Below are positions 38,544 through 47,875 of a DNA stretch of 64,000 nucleotides, one piece after another. How positions within the stretch are numbered: the first letter of the stretch is position 1; each line of letters opens with the position of its first letter. The translations under genes and the position numbers were made by a program. The stretch is from Dehalococcoidia bacterium (GTDB taxonomy: Bacteria; Chloroflexota; Dehalococcoidia; SM23-28-2; HRBIN24), in the NCBI GenBank assembly GCA_034435615.1, contig DAOTWZ010000042.1, forward strand, positions 1,936 to 65,935. Reading direction: 5' to 3'. Under the pieces are notes generated by a model. The model made no database searches. It was given only the letters and a program-made list of their open reading frames with translations, and was not told the DNA's origin.

Positions 38544-39533
38544 CTAGCGGCTTAGACGCTGCCGTAGGAGCCTCAAGGCTTCCTGGAGGCGGCGGGAGAC
38601 GGTGGGCTGGGAGAGTCGGAGGCGGCGGGCGACCTCCTGCTGGGAGAGCCCCTCCACGAGCGCCAGCCTGACGATGGCCCTCATCTCTTCGCTCAGAGTG
38701 GCCAGGGCCTCCTGAAGGTCCACCTTCAGCAGCACGACGTCCTCCTCCTGGACCGCCAGGGCGGGGGCCGAGGGCTGGGGATGCCCTTCTTCCTGGCCCT
38801 CCTCATGCAGGGGGGCTATCTGCCTCTTGGAGCGGGCGCTGTGGATGCCCCTGCCTAGCTCTTGTCTGAGCAGGCCCCTCACTCGCTCCAGGACGTGGGC
38901 TTCCGGCCCCAGGGCGGGCAGGGGCTGCCCCTCGACGACCAGGAAGCGGCGGGGGATGCCGGACCGGTCACGTCTAGCCTCAAGCTGGCTCAGGCCCCAG
39001 GCAGACTGGACGAGGGCGGTGGCGTCTTCGCCTCGCCTGACCAGTTGCTCCAGGAGAGGCCCAGTCCGGGGATGGCGATGGATGGCCTGCCGTAGGTCCT
39101 GGCCGGCGATGTGGTCCCAGCCTGCTTCGGCGGCCAGGGCTCGCTCCATCGTCCAGAAGATGAGGGCAGGCAGTCGAAGGGCCAGGGCGGTGCCGTTGCC
39201 CAGGGGGGCTATCGCCAGCCGCTCGGCCAGGTCCACATAGCAGGCGATGAAGGGAGGCGGGGCCTCGATGTCCCCAGCCTGCACCTGGCCCAGGGCTACT
39301 TGCCGTTGCAGCCCCAGGGCGTCCACCTCGCCTTCGCCCTTCAGCAGGACCCTCACCTGGTCATCGAACCTTGGCTCCAGGTCGCCCTCCTGGTGGACCA
39401 GAAGGGCGTAGGCCCAGCACCCCATCACCTGGCGGTGGAGGGCTTCCGCCTCGGCCCGTAGGGCAGGGGGGTAGTAGGCGGGGTTGCCCCGGCTCTCCTC
39501 GACGAAGGCGACGATGTTCTGCCACACGTCCAC
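38544..39533 (-). CDS. Element protein with a C-terminal sigma-70 region-4 HTH
   Basis: LQEALATLSEEMRAIVRLALVEGLSQQEVARRLRLSQPTVSRRLQEALRLLR; GTG 39533 after GGAGGG. Confidence 0.75.
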   Translation of the reverse strand: MDVWQNIVAFVEESRGNPAYYPPALRAEAEALHRQVMGCWAYALLVHQEGDLEPRFDDQVRVLLKGEGEVDALGLQRQVALGQVQAGDIEAPPPFIACYVDLAERLAIAPLGNGTALALRLPALIFWTMERALAAEAGWDHIAGQDLRQAIHRHPRTGPLLEQLVRRGEDATALVQSAWGLSQLEARRDRSGIPRRFLVVEGQPLPALGPEAHVLERVRGLLRQELGRGIHSARSKRQIAPLHEEGQEEGHPQPSAPALAVQEEDVVLLKVDLQEALATLSEEMRAIVRLALVEGLSQQEVARRLRLSQPTVSRRLQEALRLLRQRLSR

Positions 39534-39810
39534 GCTGGCCCCTCCGTGGGCGGGAGGGCTGGGGCTGCCACACCGGGAGGCCAGAGATGCCGGCGGGGCG
39601 CCCCGGTCCCTCTCGCCCACCAGGGTAGCCCATCCCCTGGGCCTGGAGCAAGTGGCGGCTTCGAACGTATGTTGCCTGGACGGGGGCACGAGGGGCCTGG
39701 CATCATGGGGGCTGTCCTGGGGCGAGGGACTGAGCGGCATTGTGGGCAGGGGGCCTGACTGAGCGCCCGGCTTGCCGGTGCTGGGGCAGGAAGCCGCTCT
39801 CGGTCTGCTC

Positions 39811-39885
39811 TGGTGGGCCCGGGAGGATTCGAACCTCCAACCAACCGGTTATGAGCCGGCCGCTCTGCCGTTGAGCTACGGGCCC
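39811..39885 (-). tRNA. tRNA-Ile2 (CAT anticodon, lysidine type), intact copy
   Basis: GGGCCCG/CGGGCCC acceptor stem with C4 and C5, loop CTCATAA, A73, CCA; paired G1-C72 excludes initiator tRNA; elongator Met is not formally excluded. Confidence 0.85.
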
Positions 39886-39939
39886 GCAGGCCCAAGACGA
39901 TTGTATAACTCCGCCGGGCGGGGGCACAAGGTCGCCCCC

Positions 39940-40472
39940 TCACAGGAGGGCAGGGTAGAGGACGCCCGCCTCCGTGACGCGGGCAGAGGGGCTGAGGGTG
40001 TGGGGCTCCCAGCGCCCCCTGTCCAGGATATGGCGCACCCCCACGCCCCGGGAGGTCAGGTAGTCGGCCAGGAGGAGGCGGTGGCAGCGAGCGTAGTGGG
40101 CCTCAGCGCACATGACAGCTGTGGTCCTGGCACCGGCCAGGACCAGGAGACGGTCCACCGCCTCCCGGAATTCGGGGGTGAGCATGTGGTCGGCGTAGGC
40201 GCGAAGGCCGGGGCTGCGCAGGCCGCCGTTGGGGGAGTGGGGCCCCAGGCCGCGGCGGCGTCCTCCCAGGGCCTCCAGGTGAAGGTAGTCCAGGCCCCGC
40301 CGGGCCAGCGCCGCGGCCAGGGCCTCCCCCCGGAAGTGGGGATGCCGCCGCGAGCTCGGGAAGCGCCTTATGTCCACCAGAAGGGCGATACTGTGGCCCT
40401 CCAGGAGCTCCAGGAACTCCTCCAGCCGACGGTTGGAGTGGCCGACGGTGTAGAGGACTACGCCCTCCCCAT
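39940..40472 (-). CDS. DUF488 family protein with an apparent 1-nt frameshift just after the ATG
   Basis: VVLYTVGHSNRRLEEF, VDIRRFPSSRR, ALGGRR, MCAE...CHR; ATG 40472 is out of frame. Confidence 0.75.
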
Positions 40473-40503
40473 GGGGCCCTCACCCCTTCCCGTGGAGCGG
40501 CGT

Positions 40504-41313
40504 CTAGCTGCCCTGGGCCGAGGGGTAGCGGGGCTGACGCTTCTCCTGGAGGGCGCGCAGCCCCTCTCGCACGTCCACATCGAAGAAGCCCAGCATCTCC
40601 AGGGCCAGCGACAGGTCGAAGGAGACGAGGCCGCCCAGACGCAGCCACTGGTTGAGGGCCCGCTTCGTCCAGCGGATGGCCCGCTGGGGCCCGTTGGCCA
40701 GCCGCCGCGCCACCTCCATGGCCCGGTCCATCAGCTCCTCATGGGGCACCACCATGCTCACCAGCCCTATCCGCTCCGCCTCCCGGGCGTCCAGCATCTC
40801 CCCTGTGAGCAGGTAGTACTTGGCCTTGGCCATGCCACAGAGGAGGGGCCAGATCATGCAGGCGTGGTCGCCAGCGGCTACGCCCAGGCGCACATGACCG
40901 TCGCCGAAGCGGGCCCGCTCCGAGGCGATGGTGATGTCGGCCACCAGGGCGGCCGCCAGCCCCGCCCCCACGGCCACCCCGTTGATGGCGGAGACGATGG
41001 GCTTGCTGCAGTTCACCATGTTGTAGACCAGGTCGTGGGCCTCCTTCATGACGGTGCGGAGGATCAGCTCCGGGTCCTGCAACTGGGACTCGATGAGGGT
41101 GAAGTCGCCGCCAGCGGAGAAGGCCTGCCCGGCGCCCGTTATCAGGGCCACTCGCACCTCGTCGTCCTGGTCGATGTCCAGCCAGATGCGGGTCAGCTCG
41201 TTGTGGAGGCGGGCGTCGGTGGCGTTGAACTTCTCGGGCCGGTTCAGGGTGATGAGGGCGATGCCGTCCCTCTTCTCGATGATCATGTCGTGGTAAGAGC
41301 TGTAGTCTACCAT
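40504..41313 (-). CDS. Crotonase-family protein, paralog 1
   Basis: [42 protein letters not shown]. Confidence 0.9.
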   Translation of the reverse strand: MVDYSSYHDMIIEKRDGIALITLNRPEKFNATDARLHNELTRIWLDIDQDDEVRVALITGAGQAFSAGGDFTLIESQLQDPELILRTVMKEAHDLVYNMVNCSKPIVSAINGVAVGAGLAAALVADITIASERARFGDGHVRLGVAAGDHACMIWPLLCGMAKAKYYLLTGEMLDAREAERIGLVSMVVPHEELMDRAMEVARRLANGPQRAIRWTKRALNQWLRLGGLVSFDLSLALEMLGFFDVDVREGLRALQEKRQPRYPSAQGS

Positions 41314-41441
41314 CTCTTGCCCCCTTCGGACGTGAATTGCGGGTCTGGACTTCTCAGGCAACACCGAGTGCGGGCCAGGGCGGGTGGCCCCACGGGCGGG
41401 GCGGTCAGGGGCTCTCTGGCTGGCGGGCCCTCGGTCAACTC

Positions 41442-42272
41442 TCACCCTTTGCGCTCTGGCCCGCTGCCGCCCAGGGAGGGCCACCGTGGCTCCCGGCGCT
41501 CGCGTATGGCGCGGTAGCCCTCCTGGGCATCGGCGTCCAGGAAGCCCAGCATCTCCAGGGCCACGGAAAGGTCGAAGGAGACGAGGCCGCCCAGGCGCAG
41601 CCACTGGTTGAGGGCCCGCTTCGTCCAGCGGATGGCCCGCTGGGGCCCGCTGGCCAGCCGCCGCGCCACCTCCATGGCCCGGTCCATCAGCTCCTCATGG
41701 GGCACCACCATGGTGATGAGGCCAATGCGCTCCGCCTCCCGGGCGTCGATCCAGTCGGCGGTGAGAAGGTAGTATTTGGCCTTGGCCATGCCGCAGAGGA
41801 GGGGCCAGATCATGCAGGCGTGGTCGCCGGCGGCCACTCCCAGACGCATGTGTCCGTCGCTCAGGCGGGCCCGCTCCGAGGCGATGCTGATGTCGGAGAC
41901 CAGGGCGGCGGCGAGGCCGGCACCCATGGCCAGACCGTTGATGGCGGAGATGACGGGCTTGTCGCAGTTGACGATGTTGTAGACCAGGTCGCGGGCCTCT
42001 GGCAGGAGGAAGCTGCAGACGGCCTCCGGGTTGCCCAGGCTCTCCTCCAGGAGGCTGTAATCACCGCCGATGGAGAAGGAGTCGCCGGCGCCGGTGAGGA
42101 CGGCCACCCGCACCTCGTCGTCTCGGGCGATGTCCAGCCAGACGCGGCTCAGCTCGTTGTGCATGCGGCTGGTGGTGGCGTTGAAGCGGTCGGGGCGGTT
42201 CATGGTGATGAGGGCGATGCCCTCTCGCTTCTCGATGACCAAGTCCTGGTAGGAGCCGTAGTCCACAGCCAC
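41442..42272 (-). CDS. Crotonase-family protein, paralog 2
   Basis: [41 protein letters not shown]. Confidence 0.9.
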   Translation of the reverse strand: MAVDYGSYQDLVIEKREGIALITMNRPDRFNATTSRMHNELSRVWLDIARDDEVRVAVLTGAGDSFSIGGDYSLLEESLGNPEAVCSFLLPEARDLVYNIVNCDKPVISAINGLAMGAGLAAALVSDISIASERARLSDGHMRLGVAAGDHACMIWPLLCGMAKAKYYLLTADWIDAREAERIGLITMVVPHEELMDRAMEVARRLASGPQRAIRWTKRALNQWLRLGGLVSFDLSVALEMLGFLDADAQEGYRAIRERREPRWPSLGGSGPERKG

Positions 42273-42397
42273 GTCGCTCCCTCCTCTCGTCTAGCCCGCC
42301 CCGGAGCGGGGCGGGCCAGCGGCGCGCCGTCCTGCGGGCCCGGCGTCGTAGCCGGCCGGGCGGGAGTCGGGGCCAGTGTAGCACGGGCGAGGGGGGC

Positions 42398-42886
42398 TTA
42401 CAAGCCAGGGGGCTCCAGGGAGCGGAGGCGGCGGAGGAGGCTGCCCATCTCTATGGCGTTGACGGCCACCTCGTAGCCCTTGTTGCCACGGGGGCCGCCC
42501 GCCCGGTCGCGGGCCTGCTCCAGGGTGTAGCAAGCGAGGACGCCATGGAGGACGGGGACGCCGGTGTCCAGGGCCGCCTGCACCAGCCCTTGGGTGGCGC
42601 CCTGACAGACCAGGTCAAAGTGGCGGGTCTCGTGGCGTATGACGCAGCCCAGGGCGACGATGGCGTCGTAGCGGCCGGTCTGGGCGAGCCGCTTGGCCAC
42701 CACCGGCAGCTCCAGAGAGCCGGGGACCCAGACGACGTCCAGTCGTTCCCGGTCGACGCCGTGCTGGGCGAAGGCCTCCAGGGCGCCGCTCAGGAGGCAC
42801 TCCGTGACCTCACGGTTGAAGCGGGCAACGACGATGGCGAAGGTGAGGCCATCGCCCTGGACATCGCCCTGGAAGAAGGCGCCCAC
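42398..42886 (-). CDS. ribH: 6,7-dimethyl-8-ribityllumazine synthase
   Basis: VARFN, VPGSLELP, LGCVIRHETRHFD, NKGYEVA. Confidence 0.93.
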   Translation of the reverse strand: MGAFFQGDVQGDGLTFAIVVARFNREVTECLLSGALEAFAQHGVDRERLDVVWVPGSLELPVVAKRLAQTGRYDAIVALGCVIRHETRHFDLVCQGATQGLVQAALDTGVPVLHGVLACYTLEQARDRAGGPRGNKGYEVAVNAIEMGSLLRRLRSLEPPGL

Positions 42887-42899
42887 GCCCGCCGCCCCC

Positions 42900-44108
42900 T
42901 CAGTAGGGCATTTCGATGAGGTGACCCAGCTTGTCCCGCTTGGTCTCCAGGTAGCGCCAGTTGTAGGGGTTGGGGGTGGCCATGATGGGCACCCGCTCCA
43001 CGATCTCCAGGCCGTAGCCCTCCAGCCCGGCCCGCTTGGCGGGGTTGTTGGTGAGGAGGCGCATTTTGCGCACGCCCAAGTCAAGGAGGATCTGCATGCC
43101 GATGCCATAGTCGCGACGGTCGGCGGGGAAACCGAGGGCCTCGTTGGCCTCCACGGTGTCCAGGCCGTGGGCGTCCTGCAGGGAGTAGGCGCGTATCTTG
43201 TTGTGGAGGCCGATGCCCCGCCCCTCCTGCCGCATGTAGAGGAGGACGCCCCTTCCCTCTTCAGCGATGCGCTGGAGGGCCAACTGGATCTGGTCGCCGC
43301 AGTCGCAGCGGAGGCTGCCGAAGACGTCGCCGGTGACACACTGGCTGTGGACGCGCACCAGCACCGGCTCCTCGGGAACGATCTCGCCCATGACCAGGGC
43401 CAGGTGCTCGTTGGGGTCGACGGCGCTGCGGTAGGCGATGGCCCGGAAGTCGCCGTAGCGGGTAGGCAGCCGAGCCTCTGCCACCCGCTCCACCAGTCGT
43501 TCCCGCTGGATGCGGTAGCGTATGAGCTGGTTGACGGTGATGACCTTGATGCCGTGGCGCTGGGCGAAGCGGCGGATCTTGGGCCAGCGCATCATGGTGC
43601 CGTCCTGGTTCATGAGCTCACACAGGACGCCGGCGGGGTAGAGGCCGGCCAGGCGGCAGAGGTCCACCACCGCCTCGGTGTGGCCGGCCCGCACCAGGAC
43701 GCCGCCCTCCCGGGCCCGCAGGGGGTAGACGTGGCCGGGCATGACGAGATCCGCCGGTTTGGTGGCGGGGTCTATGAGGACGCGTATGGTCTGGGCACGG
43801 TCGTGGGCGGAGACGCCGGTGGTGGTGTTGTAGCGGGCGTCCACGGAGACGGTGAAGGCGGTGCCGTGCCGGGAGGTGTTGTGTCCGGTCATCATGGGTA
43901 TGCCCAGGTAGTCAAGCCGTTCCCCCGTCATGGGGACGCAGATGATGCCGCTGGTGTAGCGGAGCATGAAGGCGATGTGCTCCGGGGTAACGAACTCGGC
44001 CGGGATGGTCAGGTCACCCTCGTTCTCGCGGGTCTCGTCGTCCAGGATGATGACGAAGCGTCCCTGGCGGTACTCCTCGATGGCCTCTTCGATGGTTGCC
44101 AGGGCCAC
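42900..44108 (-). CDS. ribBA: Bifunctional DHBP synthase / GTP cyclohydrolase II
   Basis: [45 protein letters not shown]. Confidence 0.96.
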   Translation of the reverse strand: MALATIEEAIEEYRQGRFVIILDDETRENEGDLTIPAEFVTPEHIAFMLRYTSGIICVPMTGERLDYLGIPMMTGHNTSRHGTAFTVSVDARYNTTTGVSAHDRAQTIRVLIDPATKPADLVMPGHVYPLRAREGGVLVRAGHTEAVVDLCRLAGLYPAGVLCELMNQDGTMMRWPKIRRFAQRHGIKVITVNQLIRYRIQRERLVERVAEARLPTRYGDFRAIAYRSAVDPNEHLALVMGEIVPEEPVLVRVHSQCVTGDVFGSLRCDCGDQIQLALQRIAEEGRGVLLYMRQEGRGIGLHNKIRAYSLQDAHGLDTVEANEALGFPADRRDYGIGMQILLDLGVRKMRLLTNNPAKRAGLEGYGLEIVERVPIMATPNPYNWRYLETKRDKLGHLIEMPY

Positions 44109-44241
44109 GGACAGCTCACCTCCGCGCCAGGGGAGGGACGGGGCTGGTGTGTCGTCCTGGTTCGTCAGGGCTCACGCTCCCGCAGCAAGCTCTGGCTATA
44201 GTATACCGCACGCGTGAGAGTAGGGGATGCCAGGGGCGGCC

Positions 44242-44847
44242 TCATCGCCGCCTCTCCAGATAGGGCCCCTCGGCCAGTAGTTGCTCTATGTAACGGGCGA
44301 AGATGTCGGTCTCCAGGTTGACCCGCTCGCCGGGGCGCCGCCGCACCAGGTTGGTGTGCTCCTGGGTGTAGAGGACCAGGGAGACGGCGAAGCTGGTAGC
44401 GTCCCGGTCTATGACGGTGAGGCTGACGCCGTCCACGGCTACGGGCCCCTTGACGACGATGTAACGCAGGAGATGGGAGGGCGCCTGGTAGCGGGCGATG
44501 ACGGCGTCCTCCTCCGGTTTGAGGGAGAGGAGGACGCCCGTCCCCTCCACCACCCCCCGCACCAGGTGGCCGGAGAAGCGCGAGGAGGGAGTCATGGCCC
44601 GCTCCAGGTTGACGGGGTCGCCCGGGCGGAGGTCCTCCAGGTTGGAGCGACGGTAGGTCTCCGGCATCAGATGGAAATGGAGGGACCGGTCGTCCAGGTG
44701 GGAGACGGTGAGGTCGACGCCGTTGACGGCCACGGAGTCTCCCAGGCGGGTGCCCTCCAGGCAGAGGCGACAGCCTATGCGCAGACGCCCCCGTTCCACC
44801 TCCAGGACGGTGCCCACCTCTTCGATGATGCCGGTGAAGATGCCCAT
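44242..44847 (-). CDS. ribE: Riboflavin synthase alpha chain
   Basis: (MGI)FTGIIEEVG, GDSVAVNGVDLTV, VNLERA, VDGVSLT, VNLETD. Confidence 0.93.
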   Translation of the reverse strand: MGIFTGIIEEVGTVLEVERGRLRIGCRLCLEGTRLGDSVAVNGVDLTVSHLDDRSLHFHLMPETYRRSNLEDLRPGDPVNLERAMTPSSRFSGHLVRGVVEGTGVLLSLKPEEDAVIARYQAPSHLLRYIVVKGPVAVDGVSLTVIDRDATSFAVSLVLYTQEHTNLVRRRPGERVNLETDIFARYIEQLLAEGPYLERRR

Positions 44848-45488
44848 CAGGACTGCTCCCAGAGGACGTCGCCGCAGAGGTCGGGAGGGTGGGGGCGGGA
44901 GGCGAAGACGGCGTACTCCCGCTTGGACTGGCCGATGGTCGTCCCCTCGCCGTGGCCGGGGAGGACGATGGTCTCGTCCGGCAGGAGGTAGAGCTTCCCG
45001 GTAATGGAGGCTATCTCCTGCTGCAGGTCGGCCGGGGTGCGGGAGTGACCGGGGCCGCCAGGGAAGAGGGTGTCCCCGGACATCAGGTAGCGGCCGATGT
45101 AGAAGCAGCAGCTACCGGGCGTGTGGCCGGGCGTGTGGAGGACGCGCAGCCTGAGGCGGCCCACCGCTATCTCCTGGCCGTCCGCCAGGGGGACATCTAT
45201 CTGGCTGCGGGGCATCCCCTCCTCCGCCGGGTGGCAGTATACGGGAGCGCCGGTGGCCGCTTTCACCTGCCGGTAGCTGGCCCAGTGGTCCGGATGGGTG
45301 TGGGTCAGGAGGATGGCCACCACCCGCAACCCCTCGACGGCGGCCAGGAGCTTCTCTCCCTCCGCCGGCATGTCCACGATGGCCGCCTCGCCGCTGGCCT
45401 CGTCCGCCACTACGTAGGCGTTGTTGGCGAAGGCGCCCAGGGGGCCGACCCGCACCAGCCGCAAGGTGCCGTCCCGGTAGACCTGCAT
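44847..45488 (-). CDS. MBL-fold metallo-hydrolase (glyoxalase II-like)
   Basis: THTHPDH, HTPGH, SGDTLF, PGHG; TGATG overlap with ribE. Confidence 0.9.
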   Translation of the reverse strand: MQVYRDGTLRLVRVGPLGAFANNAYVVADEASGEAAIVDMPAEGEKLLAAVEGLRVVAILLTHTHPDHWASYRQVKAATGAPVYCHPAEEGMPRSQIDVPLADGQEIAVGRLRLRVLHTPGHTPGSCCFYIGRYLMSGDTLFPGGPGHSRTPADLQQEIASITGKLYLLPDETIVLPGHGEGTTIGQSKREYAVFASRPHPPDLCGDVLWEQS

Positions 45489-45558
45489 AGCCGTTCCTCC
45501 CCAACGAGGAGCCTACTATGATAACATTTGCCCTGATGCCAGGGCGAGGAGGGCCAGG

Positions 45559-46485
45559 TTGGAGGTAAGAGAGGTCACCCCCCGCATCCGCGCGCTCGTT
45601 ACCCGGCCCCCTTTCTATATAGGGCCGCTGCCGCCCAACGTCTACCTGGTGGCCGACGGCGACGAGGGCGCCCTCATCGACAGTGGCTTCAGCGACGATG
45701 ACTCGGTGCAGAGCCGGCTGGAGTACCTGAAGGGCCTCCCTGGCCTCCGCATCCGCTACATCGTCCTCACCCACCACCACTTCGACCACTCCAGCGGCGC
45801 CTACCGCCTCCAGGAGGCGACGGGTGCCGAGGTGGTGCTGCACCCCCAGGAGGAGCAGTTCCTGCGGGACTGGCGCTCCGAGGCCCCCCAGGACGTGGAC
45901 GTGCCCGAGGGACAGGAGGAGTGGGCCCGCCGGGTGGAACAGTTCCGTCGGGACGCCGCCCGGATCAGCGCCGCCCGCTACCTGTCCGACGGCGAGACGC
46001 TGCAGGTGGGCGGCCTCACCATCCAGGCGGTGCACACGCCGGGGCACACCATGGGCTCCCTCTGTCTCTACCTGCGAGAGGAGGGAGCCCTCTTCACCGG
46101 GGATACGGTGCTGGGGCTGGGGACGGTGGCGGTCTCGCCCCCGCCCTACGGCGACATGGCCCTCTACCTGGCCTCTCTGGAGCGGCTGAAGGGGCTGGAG
46201 GCGGCGGTGATGCTGCCCGGCCACGGGCCGCCCGTCCAGGACGTGAACCGCAAGCTGCAGGAGCTGATAGACCACCGCCATGAGCGCGAGACCCAGGTGC
46301 TGCAGCTCCTGGGCCAGGGACGCAACACGGTGCGCCAGCTGCTCGGCTACATCTATCCCGAGCTCGACCGGCGTATCGTCCCCATGGCGCGGCGCCAGAT
46401 ACTGGCCCACCTGCACAAGCTGCAGGCGGAGGGGCGGGTGCGACGCAGCCAGGAGGGGGACGAAGAGCGCTGGACGCTGGTCTAG
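45559..46485 (+). CDS. MBL-fold hydrolase with C-terminal winged helix (LACTB2-like)
   Basis: THHHFDH, HTPGHT, TGDTVLG, PGHGP. Confidence 0.88.
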   Translation: MEVREVTPRIRALVTRPPFYIGPLPPNVYLVADGDEGALIDSGFSDDDSVQSRLEYLKGLPGLRIRYIVLTHHHFDHSSGAYRLQEATGAEVVLHPQEEQFLRDWRSEAPQDVDVPEGQEEWARRVEQFRRDAARISAARYLSDGETLQVGGLTIQAVHTPGHTMGSLCLYLREEGALFTGDTVLGLGTVAVSPPPYGDMALYLASLERLKGLEAAVMLPGHGPPVQDVNRKLQELIDHRHERETQVLQLLGQGRNTVRQLLGYIYPELDRRIVPMARRQILAHLHKLQAEGRVRRSQEGDEERWTLV

Positions 46486-46517
46486 CCGTCCCCGATTCCA
46501 CGAAAGGGTGGAAGGAA

Positions 46518-47849
46518 TTGGACGCTGTGCAGCGACTGTCCGGCATACTGCCCGTCACAGCCGGGGTCAACGAGGCGGGACACCTGACCCTGGGCGGTTG
46601 CGATGCTGTCGAGCTGGCCCGCACCTTCGGCACCCCCCTGTACGTCTTCGACGAGGAGACGCTGCGCCTCATGTGCCGCTCCTTCCGGGAGGAGTTCGCC
46701 GCCCGCCACCCCGATAGCCTGGTGATCTACGCCTGCAAGGCCTACATAGGGCGAGCGCTGGCCGCCCTGCTGATGGAGGAGGAGCTGGGAGCGGACGTGG
46801 TGAGCGGGGGAGAGCTGGCCTTCCTGCGCTCCGTGGGCTTCCCGCCGGAGGGCATCTATTTCCACGGCAACAACAAGTCGCCCCAGGAGTTGCGGGAGGC
46901 GCTGGCCTACGGCGTGGGGCGCATCGTAGTGGACAATTTCTATGAGCTGGAGACCCTCTCGGCGCTGGCGGCGGAGGCGGGCCGGAGGCAGGCCGTCCTC
47001 CTGCGCGTCTCCCCCGGCGTCGACCCCCACACTCACGCCAAGACCACCACCGGGGTCCTGGACAGCAAGTTCGGCTTCCCGCTGGCCACCGGGCAGGCGG
47101 AGGAGGCGGTGCGACGAGCGCTGGCCTCGCCCTCGCTGGAGCTGGTGGGGCTTCACTTTCACCTGGGCTCGCCCATCTTCGAGCTGGCGCCCTTCCAGGA
47201 GGCGCTGGGGCTGGTGCTGGCCTTCGCGGCGGAGATGGGGGAGCACCACGGCCTGGAGCTGCGGGAGCTGAGCCCGGGGGGCGGCTTCGCTGTCCAGTAT
47301 GTGCCGGAGGAGCCGCCCCCCGCGGTGGCGGCCTACGCCGAGGCCATCGTCGCCTCGCTGCGAGAGGGATGCCAGCGTCACGGCCTGCCGCTGCCGCGGC
47401 TGGTGGTGGAGCCGGGCCGGGCCATCGTGGCCCGGGCCGGGGTGGCCCTCTATACGGTGGGAGCCAGCAAGGAGGTACCGGGGGTGCGGCGCTACGTGGC
47501 CGTGGACGGCGGCATGGCCGACAATATCCGCCCTGCCCTCTACGGCTCCCGCTACTCAGCCCTGGTGGCCAACAAGGCCCGGGACGAGCGCCGGGAGCGG
47601 GTGACGGTGGCCGGGAAGTACTGCGAGTCCGGGGACGTCCTGCTGTGGGACGTGGAGCTGCCGCCCTTGGAGCCGGGCGACGTCCTGGCCATGCCGGCGG
47701 CCGGCGCCTACGCCCCCGCTATGGCCAGCAACTACAACGCCTCTCTGCGACCGGCGATAGTGATGGTGCGGGACGGGCAGGCGCGTCCCGTGCGCCGCCG
47801 CGAGAGCTACGAAGACCTGATGCGCTGCGAGCTGTGGCCGGAGGGCTGA
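46518..47849 (+). CDS. lysA: Diaminopimelate decarboxylase
   Basis: YACKA, HGNNK, SKFG, HLGSPI, EPGRAIV, GKYCESGD. Confidence 0.95.
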   Translation: MDAVQRLSGILPVTAGVNEAGHLTLGGCDAVELARTFGTPLYVFDEETLRLMCRSFREEFAARHPDSLVIYACKAYIGRALAALLMEEELGADVVSGGELAFLRSVGFPPEGIYFHGNNKSPQELREALAYGVGRIVVDNFYELETLSALAAEAGRRQAVLLRVSPGVDPHTHAKTTTGVLDSKFGFPLATGQAEEAVRRALASPSLELVGLHFHLGSPIFELAPFQEALGLVLAFAAEMGEHHGLELRELSPGGGFAVQYVPEEPPPAVAAYAEAIVASLREGCQRHGLPLPRLVVEPGRAIVARAGVALYTVGASKEVPGVRRYVAVDGGMADNIRPALYGSRYSALVANKARDERRERVTVAGKYCESGDVLLWDVELPPLEPGDVLAMPAAGAYAPAMASNYNASLRPAIVMVRDGQARPVRRRESYEDLMRCELWPEG

Positions 47850-47875
47850 CAGCGCTCGGGCCCCTGGCGGGAGCT

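Larger units (their letters stand above)
32356..39882. mobile_element. ~7.5 kb integrated element in tRNA-Ile2
   Basis: 73-bp direct repeats at both ends (32356-32428 and 39810-39882), integrase next to one end, Rep with iterons, cluster of short ORFans. Confidence 0.92.

Noticed and set aside
44109-44241. FMN riboswitch
   Set aside because: No RFN consensus; only a -10 element
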